Under the pieces are notes generated by a model, which was not told the origin of the DNA, made no database searches, and saw only the letters and a program-made list of their open reading frames with translations. DNA of 63,195 nucleotides, counting the filler, from Squatina squatina (lineage: Eukaryota), in NCBI GenBank assembly GCA_031763465.1. It is 4 parts of 4 records of this genome, joined end to end, with 100 filler letters (N's around TTAATTAATTAA, not from the genome) between each part and the next. Parts side by side here need not be neighbours in the genome. Positions count along the whole stretch, not along the records: positions 1 to 20,539 come from JARFOE010000219.1; positions 20,640 to 34,153 come from JARFOE010000230.1; 2 more parts are not named here. One strand, 5' to 3'. A program made the position numbers and the translations under genes. Positions 12,480 to 24,180 of the stretch are shown one piece after another (position 1 is the stretch's first letter; each line of letters opens with the position of its first letter).

Positions 12480-15400
12480 NNNNNNNNNNNNNNNNNNNNN
12501 NNNNNNNNNNNNNNNNNNNNNNNNNNNNNNNNNNNNNNNNNNNNNNNNNNNNNNNNNNNNNNNNNNNNNNNNNNNNNNNCAGTCAGTCTCATTGTAAATC
12601 AGCTGCAATATAGGTCTTGGTATTTTGCACATGGGCAACCTGCCATACAATGCTGCCTCCTAATATATACTAATTAAATTCATACAAATTATATTATGAA
12701 TGAAAATAGTGTACAATGGAAGTCCTGGGGCACCGCTTTCAATGGCAGGTGAAAATTAAGTATTTCAAGGTTCTAATTCTTTGTCATTTTGTTTTCTTTT
12801 TATATTATAAAATTCAAATGTCAAAGCTCTTTGCATTTTCTACTAAAATTCTGCTTCACTTTGGAATTGGTTTCATTACAGCAAGACGATAGACAACAAA
12901 TTTACCTGAAAGATGCATTTCATTCATAAGCAGATCTTTACCCCACCCCCGCCATTTATTTCTGTGGCACTAACTTCATGACCAAGCTGTGTCACTAATA
13001 GAGGACATTTGTTTTCCAACCGCAGTATGCTCAAGTGATCCAAGATTAATGCATCCATTTTGACCCATGGCCTGTCCACTTAATTATACATTGACAAATG
13101 CCTCAGATTGTGTTAACGGCCTGTAGCAGGTGAACATGGGACAGGTCAGCTCTCTTCAGAATCTGTAGAGTTACAGCTATAGGATTTTTCTAATCTGTGT
13201 TCAACTGCCACTAGCTATTGAAGTCACTTCACTAAAAAAAATGGGCAGTCAGTTATGCCAACTTGACCATCTGAAAAGATGTGACTGAAGAGTGGCTTAT
13301 TGTCGTGTTAACAAATTACGTGTTGTAATATGCTATTGATTTTGGGGGATGTACTATGAACCTTTNNNNNNNNNNNNNNNNNNNNNNNNNNNNNNNNNNN
13401 NNNNNNNNNNNNNNNNNNNCATTGCTCATCTGGATTTTAGTTATTATTGATTCAAAGAAAGGTCCCGTCACTTTAATTTAGTGAAAACTTCTGCACCCAG
13501 AATTGCAACAGCCAAATTCCTCAAACATGCTCCAACTGTTGGCCTTGTGCTTCTACTCCCAATTTAAAAAAACATCTGCACCCAGAAGTCACTTTGTCTA
13601 CTAAATTTAATTTGCAGTTCAGACTGTGCAGTTCTGCTTACTGCAGAATAAATAATATGGCAAATTGGATTAACGTACAATCACGTTTGTTTTGTTTTGA
13701 TAGTCGAATGAACATTTTTTTAAAAATGCAAAATTGTTGCGATTAAGAATTCAGTGCTTTCCGTTGAAAAATTACCTGGAGCTACATTAGCCAAAGTGGA
13801 GAGAAAATTCCTAGCCTGACAACTTAATTAAATATGAGATTGCAAACCCTTGCAGGCCTCATTTTCTCTTTGAATGAAATATTCAATTGTTCATTCTAAA
13901 AATTGATTTCTTACTCGATGTTGCTAAGAATGAAATATTTTAAAATTGGAATTAACTGTTATGTTGGAGCAACATTCCTACATTTTCAAAATGTCTTCCA
14001 AGCCTAACACTGTTGGTCTTAACACTGTTCTCNNNNNNNNNNNNNNNNNNNNNNNNNNNNNNNNNNNNNNNNNNNNNNNNNNNNNNNNNNNNNNNNNNNN
14101 NNNNNNNNNNNNNNNNNNNNNNNNNNNNNNNNATAATTAGGCTCAACTTATTGGGAAGTAGAACCTTGGATTTGCATATAATATACAGTCAGATTTGAAT
14201 TCTCTTTGAAATTTGGACTTCATCTTGTGCATGTCCTACTCTACACAGAATTCTCAGTGGAGAAAATCTATTTGTAAATTAAGTAGTTCAAGCGGGGAAA
14301 TAATAGATGTGTTGTTATACAAACAATCCAACTTAATGCACTGTGACGAGTCCAGCTCCTGTCCTGCTCAATCATGAGGGAATCCGTTGTGTGTCATGTC
14401 TCTGCAGATGTCCTGTGCTCAGTTAACTGGGGCCCTCAGATAGATGAGCATTGGCTCAATATTTTCACTGCAGAGACATTGAATACAAATTGCGCAGTAA
14501 TCCAGTTACATTGAAGTCTACAAACTGGAAGACAAGTACATTGAAAGATACATGAAGTCAGTGCTCCAGGTAATTGGCAGTTACAGAATCTAATGGCATG
14601 TAAGAAGAGTGGAAATGCAGCATCTTAACTGACAGTAGCCAGTTTGGTGGTACTGATTAGATAGCTGGCACAGCATCTGAGATTAGTGTCCCTCTGTAAG
14701 AATAACATACTGGATAAAGACACATTGAGAGCTTTCATTTTAAGATTAAATGCTTAAGTTCAAGAAAATATTTATTTTGACTTTTGACGGGGACTGCCTT
14801 CTATTCGCTGTTCACACGGTGTTTCCAGCATTCCCATAAAATTATTTTTAATTAATGCAAACTGAAGTGAAGGGAAAAAGTAAAGCAACATCGGAAAATA
14901 AAGCAGAAAGGTTGTAAATGGCATGAAGCAAGTGAGGGAGGAACAGAAATACACACGTTTCGCTCTAGATTAGTCAGTACATTTCTGACGAGTTAAAAGC
15001 TCTTCCTGGGACCTGCTGTTCCTACAGTTAGGTCATAATGAAAACAATGCTGGTATGCAATTGTTTAAAAGCTCAGCCATGTTTTTGACACCAGGTAAGC
15101 TGGCTTTGGAGTCTTATTAGGATTGGATCCGACACTGAAACCAAGGCTTGTTTTTCTTTCATTTAAATTCTTTGTGCAGTCTGCTTTAATCAAGATCAGC
15201 GTTTCAGATTACAATGATAATCGTTCTTACAGTAGCCGGAATCTGTACACTGGGCATAGAGAGGACACAATTAAAATCAGTGCTCGTCGTAAATCAGGGC
15301 TTTTACAGAACTATGATTGTGAGTTGTAACATCAGTAGATTTGACAAAAATCTCCACAACCTTTTTAGAACTTTTGTTGCTGCAAAATTGCTTGTACCCA

Positions 15401-15766
15401 AGCAACAGATAAAATGAAATGAGAATTGCTTTTGCTTCTGACACCTGCTATTTGCGTAACCATGGTAATCATCTTGAGATGGTCATGTATTAATTCGAAT
15501 GAAAGCGATCAATTGATGTACAGCACAGTTGGGGTGACACCTGCTACATTGAGGTATTAGAATCGTTGCAGTCTTTGGTACCTTAAGAAATGCTGTTAAC
15601 TGTAAAATGCTAAAAATGTAACTACTGTATTATGTTACCTGTCTGCTGAAAAAGTGCAAATATCCCAACGAGTAAATCCTGAAACTGAAGGATTGTGAAC
15701 TGCATTCGTTATATGTTCAGCAGCGGTATGCAGTGGTGTCATGAGACATAAAAATTAAACACTCAC

Positions 15767-15950
15767 CATTTCCAGACCGTTTTCCTGAGCGGTTCAGACA
15801 GACCGAGTATAAGGCATTTGCCAGATCGCCTCCACAATAGCGTTCTGTGCCCCGCTTCTGTACCGGCTGCTCTACTGTGTTTTGACCTGAGGTCATGTTT
15901 ACAGACAGTGTGAGGAGCAGGACAACCACGATGGCGCGGGCCTGTACCAT
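15767..15950 (-). CDS. Insulin/IGF/relaxin-superfamily prepropeptide, exon for signal peptide + propeptide + B-chain (A-chain exon not found)
   Basis: Acceptor tatttgttccctgtctacag directly before ATG; donor G|gtgagt (phase 1); 184 nt open. MVQARAIVVVLLLTLSVNMTSG-QNTVEQPVQ-KR-GTERYCGGDLANALYSVCLNRS-GKR-SGN: hydrophobic signal, B-chain signature CG-x2-L-x2-AL-x2-VC with C-x11-C spacing, dibasic sites on both sides. Confidence 0.88.
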
Positions 15951-17859
15951 CTGTAGACAGGGAACAAATAACATTTTACAATCCAATTCTGATTCCCCAT
16001 TGACAAGTTTGATATCAAAATCAACAAACCGTATATAATATACATGCGTAACTAAGGCCCACTTCTACTGAAAGTAGAGCAAATATCAATAAACATAAAT
16101 NNNNNNNNNNNNNNNNNNNNNNNNNNNNNNNNNNNNNNNNNNNNNNNNNNNNNNNNNNNNNNNNNNNNNNNNNNNNNNNNNNNNNNNNNNNNNNNNNNNN
16201 TGGCTAATTGGAGGGTTGAAGGAAAATTTTCAAAGAGTCCCATTTCCAGCGCGAAATTCAGCGCTTAGCGCTAGAAATGTCCAAACACGAATTGGCCGCC
16301 CTTGGCGTTTGTTTCCGTGCAGCAGGTGCCTTGGGTGCGCACTGGTGAGGTGGTTTTATCTGAAGCTGAAGTCAGCTCAATTGCTTGCTGGCTGGGCAAT
16401 GCTAGGCTGGCTTCAGGCTACACTTAGCTCCACTTGTTCCCTCTTCATTCGCAGATTGATCCACTATGGCTCCGGCAATCCCATTTTCTTTTTACTCCTG
16501 ACCTCGCTAATAAACATTTGGCTTTTAAATCTCCTTGAATAAACTTTATTAATCAAATATTATGAAAATCCAGCTAATAAGCCAGCACTGAACAGCTGCA
16601 GTTTCTCAGAGTCCATGGGTCAACAAGTGTGGACCCCTATGCAAGTGCAAAGTTCTTAACGCTGGTTCTGTTAGTTAAGTGATGTAACAATATTATAAAT
16701 GATGGATGAAATTAGGACAACTTAATTGCACTAATTGCTTTATTTAACACGAGCCTAGTGCCTTCATCTTTACTAGGTAGATGAATCCATGTAGGTATAT
16801 TGAATGGAGTTGACCTGTTTTGCTGGATGCTCTCAGAGGGCTACTACACAGCTGTAATTTGTTTTCTGTTTGCACAAGTGGATGGATGTGATTCTGTTTC
16901 GGAGCATACAACAGATGTTGTGATTATGCAAGCACAAACAAAGCGCATCTGCTATTTATTACATACAGTGGTCAGAATGGGCGCGTTCAGTGGAGGGACC
17001 ATTGCAAAGCAGGAGTGACCCTGGGAACTATTTACCTCCGAATTGGTCCTGAGCAATAAAGTTTACCTCAAAGATCGCATATTATTTTATTGCAACTGAT
17101 TCAGAGCACTTAGTTTGGTGAGTTTAAATCTGTATTTGGAATTCTGATTTAGAAAGGTGATGGGTTTGCAGTCAAGTTGGCAGTCCTAATTTTAGTGATC
17201 GTGTTAGACTATGTGTGAGTNNNNNNNNNNNNNNNNNNNNNNNNNNNNNNNNNNNNNNNNNNNNNNNNNNNNNNNNNNNNNNNNNNNNNNNNNNNNNNNN
17301 NNNNNNNNNNNNNNNNNNNNGTTACTGCAGTTCATCTTTAACAAAATCCTACCATACGACACCATGGGCAATTGTTTGAAAGTCTTTCTTTTTATTGGTC
17401 CCTGCTCCTCCCAAGAAGAACTCTTATCACAACTATGACTGTAAGACTTAATTTTTCTTACTTCTTCTCTTGCCTTAAAAATTAAATTGATAGATTTCAG
17501 TGTTGGATCATTATGTTGCATATGTGCAAAATGTGCTACCAATTCATTAATGAATGACTCTTATTGGTAGTGTCTCAGAAGAAATTAAGGGTGAGTGAAA
17601 GCTCTTCAGCAAACCAAAGTTCATCCCACTAATAAACAAACTCCTCCAGTCAACATCCAACTGAGCCTTGCATACTCTTAAAGTGATATGTCTCTGCTAC
17701 CTACCCGAGATGTTTATCATCCTCTGATAGATTTATGTTTTGCTGGTTTATACTTATGACCTCAGGTCTGACAAGTGTGTCTTACTCTGAAGCAATAATC
17801 TGCTTTTATCTGAGCCATTTAACATTTTATATGCCTCAATAAGTTCCCATTTAATTAAT

Positions 17860-18295
17860 TGCCTTCTTTCTAAGCTGTAAAGATTGAGCTGATTGAATCT
17901 TCAGAGTTCATCCTCTTTACATTAGGAATTATTTGTGTTGCTCTTTTCTGCTTCCTCCCCAAAACATGCACAATCTTCCCTCAGTGACCAGAATGGAACA
18001 CAGTGCCATCAGCATAATTTGACAAGTGCATTTTACAACCTCAACAGACTCACATTCATTATGTTGGCTATATATTCCAGCATTTTATTAGCTTTAATTG
18101 ACTTGCCACATTGCCTAGCGTTTGACAGTGAATCCACGATTACTTTCAAGTCCTATTCTGAGTCTTCCAGTGTTAATTCCATTCCTTTCATTTTGCACTT
18201 ATTTTGTTCAATGTGCAATATTTTGCCTTTACCAGTATTAAATGTAATTTGTCATTTTTCTGCTGAATTGCACAAATAATGCAAATTCTTGTGAA
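17860..18295 (-). mobile_element. Old, decayed CR1-like LINE fragment
   Basis: TGACCAGAATGGAACACAGTGC and AATGTAATTTGTCATTTTTCTGC resemble the RT 3' region of the CR1 copy at 36430-37410. Confidence 0.5.
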
Positions 18296-20242
18296 AGTGA
18301 CAAGTTGAATTTTAATCCTACTGGGCAAAATGTTGGGGTGGGTCCCATGGATCAGAGTTAGGACCTTTGTTGCTCATTCACATTTTTGTATCATCTATAC
18401 AGTTGACAATCTTGCATTTGATTTCAGTATCCAGAGGAAGAACAGAGGTCCAATATGACCTTGTGGGTAATAAATCCGACCTATCCAACTACAGGATTAT
18501 TAGCCTCACTTCAATAGCAGGCAACATATTGAGAACAGAGACACCACTCAACACTTCCCCCAGTTCAATGTTACATTACCACTAATACTCTATTAGCTGT
18601 TCTTTGACCAGTGTCAAATCCATTCCCATATCCTCCCTTGACTTCCTATAGCTTTCCAGTTTAATTAGATGTTTTTCACATGGAACTTTTGGCAAAGGTC
18701 TTCTGAAAGTCCAAATAATGTATCGTATGCAATCCCAATATTGTTTTAAACAAAGAAAAACCCCCTGTAAATCTGAAACAAGCCTCCTGGGAACGGGTTG
18801 GCTGCCTGCCCCCCATCCCGCCTCCGTTAAAGCCGGAATTGGGCAACTTGCAGGCAGGTTGGGATTGGGATTCAGTTTCTTAACACTTCAGCCTCCCTCA
18901 CGACCCTAATCCANNNNNNNNNNNNNNNNNNNNNNNNNNNNNNNNNNNNNNNNNNNNNNNNNNNNNNNNNNNNNNNNNNNNNNNNNNNNNNNNNNNNNNN
19001 NNNNNNNNNNNNNGAAAGGAATAGAGGGTTATGCTGATAGAGTTAGATGAGGAAGAATGGAAGGAGGCTCGATTGGAGCATAAACATTGATATGGACTGG
19101 TTGGGCCATATGGCCTGTTTCTATGTCCTTTATTCTATGTAGTTCTACGAAGTGCAGAATGGAAAACTTTCCCCTTGGTTCAACTTATGATTTTTTTCAG
19201 GAAACAGAGAGTCAATAATGAGTGTAGGTTTTTCTGAAACTTTATTTAACTTCTTGATGCTAACATGCCCAAAGTTTAAGGCTGTTCAAATATATTTATT
19301 ATATTCTAGCAATATTATTATATTATTGTAGCAAATTTTTACCAGTCCCCAATCAGACCAAAGGATGGAAGTGCACCATAAAGATTTAATTCAGTGGAGG
19401 GAACATTGGCACAGTTTGTCTCAGCTCAGTTAACCCCTCTTTCCATCAGCTAACAGTGGCACACTGTTGATATAGGTCAGGAAGAAATTGCCAGCCCAGC
19501 CCAGCCCTGTCCAGATCATCATACTTCCACCAGACAGAGGAGGGTGATTGGTGCCTAGTTGATTGCAAGGACAGCTGCTTAGGACCTGTTTTTTTTTGGT
19601 GCATGCCAACACCACCCTGCTGGAACTCCACCCCGAAGGGAATCCACCAAACTATGTCATCAGGTTGNNNNNNNNNNNNNNNNNNNNNNNNNNNNNNNNN
19701 NNNNNNNNNNNNNNNNNNNNNNNNNNNNNNNNNNNNNNNNNNNNNNNNNNNNNNNNNNNNNNNNNNNTGTTTTGTGCTCACATTGAAGTACTGTTTCAGA
19801 AGTAGTAACAGCTCTTGTTCCAGTGGTTATTCTTCCTGCGTGAGGCTAAACAATTAGTATCAGTACCTGGTGTGACGATGAGAAACATCATCCTCGATTT
19901 ACAATCTTGTTGCACTTGTTGAAATCAGCTAGCTCAGCACAAACCAACGAATGAACCTGGATGTTCCTGATCTTCACAGCTCAGTACCATATGGTGTTGT
20001 TACATTTAATAAATTAAATATTGATCAGCCCTGCAATTTAAATCCATGTACTGATGAGGAATGCATACCTGTCTAATATGCGTAGGTGACCCAGTGGCTT
20101 ACTCTGGACATTACCACTTATGTCATTCACACACATTAGACAAGAATATTCCCTTCATCAGACTGCGTGGGATATCTGTTTCATTCTTACTGTGATTTAG
20201 GCAATAAAATCTATTGAACATCAGCTCTTCTCTTTATCCTAG

Positions 20243-20539
20243 CGCTGAAAAAGGGACGTTTTTGGATTACACCAGATCCATACCATGATGATGACAATAT
20301 TCAGATTGGCCGTGAGGTCAAGATTTCCTGTCAGGTAGAGGCCATTCCGCCAGATGAGTTGGCATTCTCTTGGTTCAAGAATGGACGCCCACTTCGGAGC
20401 TCGGAAAGAATGGTTATCTCCACAACAGATCCTGATGTCTCACCGGGCACAACCAGTCTGGACATCATTGACCTGAGGTTCACAGATTTTGGGACGTACA
20501 CTTGTGTAGCATCTCTAAATAGTCAGGTTGTCCCTGACA
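20243..20539 (+). CDS. MDGA2: MDGA2 coding exon, Ig4 (3' end cut by scaffold end)
   Basis: tttatcctag acceptor; (A)LKKGRFWITPDPYHDDDNIQIGREVKISCQVEAIPPDELAFSWFKNGRPLRSSERMVISTTDPDVSPGTTSLDIIDLRFTDFGTYTCVASL. Exons for Ig2-Ig3 are not visible and presumably lie in gaps. Confidence 0.96.
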
Positions 20540-20639
20540 NNNNNNNNNNNNNNNNNNNNNNNNNNNNNNNNNNNNNNNNNNNNTTAATTAATTAANNNNN
20601 NNNNNNNNNNNNNNNNNNNNNNNNNNNNNNNNNNNNNNN
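20540..20639. other. Artificial scaffold-joining spacer
   Basis: N44-TTAATTAATTAA-N44 (stop codons in all six frames), 100 nt in total; cuts an MDGA2 exon. Confidence 0.95.
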
Positions 20640-22434
20640 GCCCATTGTTTCTCCTCATTGTTTCTCTTTTGATGGCTGAGTTTCTTCTTTTGCAGTTTAG
20701 TTATTTCATTTTCTCCCTCTCTGCTCCACTCCAATCTGTTGTCTCTGCAATCCTAGACCTCAGCATAATTGCACTAGATGGGAGGTTATTCCATATATCA
20801 ATCTCCCTCATTTACTCCATGCATCTGATGATCAATGCGTCTCAGGCATAGATGCCACCTTGCCTGATAAACCTGCTTTTAAGTCCCACCTTAGTGAATC
20901 TTTTCTCGCCAAATGTGTGTACGAGGTATTAGAATCTTGCATTAACAGTTTAAAAATATTAGTGGAAAGTGGGACTATCCTAGCTTTCCCTGCAATATGC
21001 AACTGATCGATAGTCACTGTAGAAAGCAGACCAGTTTCATATCACAAGGCAGCCTAGAATAGCTCCAAATCTCATAGCATTCTGATTTTTGCTTTACAAG
21101 TAGTAATGACGTACAGAGGTGGAGAGGGATTAATGGCAGGCAGACAAAAGTGAGCAGAAAGGCTGAGCGTAACTGCATGAGAAAGGAGCAAATGAGGGAG
21201 ACAAATTGGAAAAATATATTGGGCAGGAAAAACATAACAAAAGGGATTTCAATTAGAAATCTTGAACAAAATGTCACTGATTTATTTTCTAACTGCCTTG
21301 CAGAACAGTCATTCAATGTATTGTCAAGCTCAATGCACGATATTTAGTAGCTATGATAATCAGGACCAGAAACTGAACCAGACATCAAACCCCTGGTAAA
21401 AATGAAAAGCTTCANNNNNNNNNNACTCCAATACTTGACCTGGGGAGTACAATCCCTAGTCCAACCCAATCTTCTTTTCTCAGCCAAAAAGGAATATATA
21501 TATTTTATGCATACATACTGCGATTGACTTTTTAGTATATTCTCCACTATAATGGAAGCACAAATGGCAATTTATATCCAACAGATTGAACTAATTGCAG
21601 GAATTCGTCACAAAAATTTCTGCAGCGTCGAAAGCTCAAAACCAGATTACAGGCAAATTAGTTCCAGACTTTCAACAGCTGTGCCTGGCAGAATGTGTCA
21701 CCACAAATGCTTACCTCAACATAGATCAAGTTTCTGAGTCCACAAGGCTCAATACACCCTCCAAAGCTCACCATGAGAAAAAAACATTCTTCCCATTCTG
21801 ATACGACTGGGATAACAGGTGGCTTATGTCCAAAAACATACTGCAAATCCAATTGAAGCTACTCATTATAGCAGCTGGGGTATAACTATATAAAAAGGGA
21901 AAAAGGCTGCTGCACTGGTTTACTCTCAGCAAGCCATTTCAAGTTACTTCATGAAATTTGTTTAAATCTAAAGTCAGGTTTGAACAAATTAGAATCATAA
22001 AATGCAAGGAAACAGTTAACTGCATAATCATTGACAGAAATTGTTAAATAGAACAAAGATAACTCGTTAACATAAAATAAATCCAACAGTTATTTTTGGT
22101 GCTGCAATGGAACTTTCTATTTAGAACTTTAGTATTCCCCAGGCAGGGCAAGCTGANNNNNNNNNNNNNNNNNNNNNNNNNNNNNNNNNNNNNNNNNNNN
22201 NNNNNNNNNNNNNNNNNNNNNNNNNNNNNNNNNNNNNNNNNNNNNNNNNNNNNNNNAGCTGCACCGTGTACTGTAGCATATTCTGAACATGCTTCTACAC
22301 TGTAGCGTTTCCATAAACATTACTTGCATCACAAAACTTGCAAATGAAAAACTGACATTGTCAGCAGTAACTACGATTGATGCACTGATAGCAGAGAAGT
22401 CCCGGACACATTCAAACATCTTACATTCTGGCAC

Positions 22435-22605
22435 AAAAGCAAAATACTGCAGATGCTGGAAATCTAAAATAGAACAGAAAATGCTGGAAATACTCAGCAG
22501 GTCAGGCAGCACCTGTGGACAGAGACACAGAGTTAACATTTCAGGTTGATGATCGTTCATCAGAACTGTTCAGAATTTCCAGCATTTTCTGTCTTTGTCT
22601 TGCAT
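22435..22605. mobile_element. Short hairpin-type interspersed repeat
   Basis: AAAAGCAAAATACTGCAGATGCTGGAAATC start; perfect 18-bp inverted repeat ACAGAAAATGCTGGAAAT (22474-22491) / ATTTCCAGCATTTTCTGT (22575-22592). Confidence 0.7.
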
Positions 22606-23934
22606 TCTGGACAGATTACATAAATGATTAAAGCAAGTGACAAATGTAGTTTAGGAGAATATGTGGAAAGCAGTGGTTATAATGCATTGCTCAACGATGC
22701 ATCTTTCTGTATAAAATAAAGAAAAATAACCATCCACCTCCATCTGAAAAAGTGTTAAGAATGCGATGTGATTCTGTTGTTCTATGCAGACATCAACAAG
22801 AGATTGGTACACATTATCTACCACCCTCAAAACACTTCTTCAAAATAGCAACAGTAGCTACTTGATATTAAAATTAAGTTTTACATCTCTTTTTTTTTAA
22901 ATGTGGTTCCACCAGCAAGGAAACTGATTATGGAATGGCAACACTATGAAGATGCTGAACGAGTAGCAACAAAGTACAAGGGGAGGTTCAGTGACTGGAT
23001 CAGTTCAACAGTGAATGTTAATTCAGGATCACTAACACAAATAGCCAACTTTCCCAATGATATCAGCACTTAGACAAAAGTTTTAAAATAAAACAGAACA
23101 GAAGCTTATAAAGATTCCAAGAGAAATAAGTTAACCGTTCAATATGGCAGGTGTCATGTGTGCGTACATTCTGCGCTGAAAGTGCACTGCCTGCCCTAGT
23201 GATAAAGGCTTCTCCTGCATAGGTGTTCAGGACCCAAGCCTGAAATAGGCATCAGGCCTCCCACAGTCGTCATTGGCAACCAGCCTAATGCCAGTTGCAG
23301 GCAATCGTCCTGGACAATTACAGGATGCCCTAACCAATATGGCGTGCTGCGATACCCAACATGGATTGCACGCCATTTTGGGCCTTTCAGCACCTGCTCT
23401 TCACCGGAAAAACAGGCGTTGCGTGGACCAATTTCTATCCCACAGTGTTCTATTATCCTATAGCGGAATACATCAGAGCATCATCATCACCACCACCATG
23501 GGCCATCAGACTGCTCAGCACCTTCCTTAACTGATTGTTTCTTCACTGATAATCTGCCAAATGCGGCATTAAACAGAGTCTCTGTAAGTGGCGGGTTGGA
23601 GGAGTTTTGGAGAATCATATCAACGCTGTCACTTAATCTCATTCCGGCCCTGCGGTCCTTCAGCTGAGCGCTTGAATATTAACCTGTTCAGGGGGCAATC
23701 CCGCTATTAGATCGCTGAAGGTACAATGATGAAGATATAACAGACTGTATTTCAGTCTCTACCTTTACTGATTCAAGTGGCTGCATTAACTCCTGATTCA
23801 ATTCATGAACTGCCCCACTGCATATTGAATAGACTCGTGCTTCAGCTGCCCTGGCAGCTCATTGTTGCGTGTCGCTAGCTTTTATGAATTACATAGAATG
23901 TACAGCGCAGAAACAGGCCTTTTTTTTTTAATCG

Positions 23935-24180
23935 TTTGTGGGATGCAGGGCATCGTTGGCAAGATTAGCGTTTATTGTCCATCCCTAACTGCCCTCGAGG
24001 GGGCGGTGAGACAACTGTGTGGCTTGCTTGGCCATTTCAGAGAGCAGTTAAGAGTCAATCACACGCTGTGGATCTGGAGTCATATATAGGGCCAGACCAG
24101 GAATGGACCTTAATGTACCAGATGGTTTTGTATAACAATCTAGTTATTTCATGGTCACCATCACTGATACTAAGATTTTT
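23935..24180 (-). mobile_element. SINE copy
   Basis: Shares TGGCTTGCT.GGCCATTTCAGAG..CAG.TAAGAGTCAA.CAC and CCAGATGG with 39050-39290 and 4335-4555. Confidence 0.7.

Noticed and set aside
12820-12910. Minus-strand CCLSSC next to a tttcag acceptor
   Set aside because: TAA lies two codons upstream in the cysteine frame; a phase-1 splice gives a different frame without the motif.
13478-13555. Minus-strand CCNSGC as the missing A-chain
   Set aside because: Reads CCNSGCRSFH then stop: no fourth cysteine, no preceding dibasic site and an upstream in-frame stop.
15717-15986. The full 89-aa ORF as the protein
   Set aside because: Its first 12 and last 16 codons are intronic read-through beyond the splice sites at 15950 and 15767.
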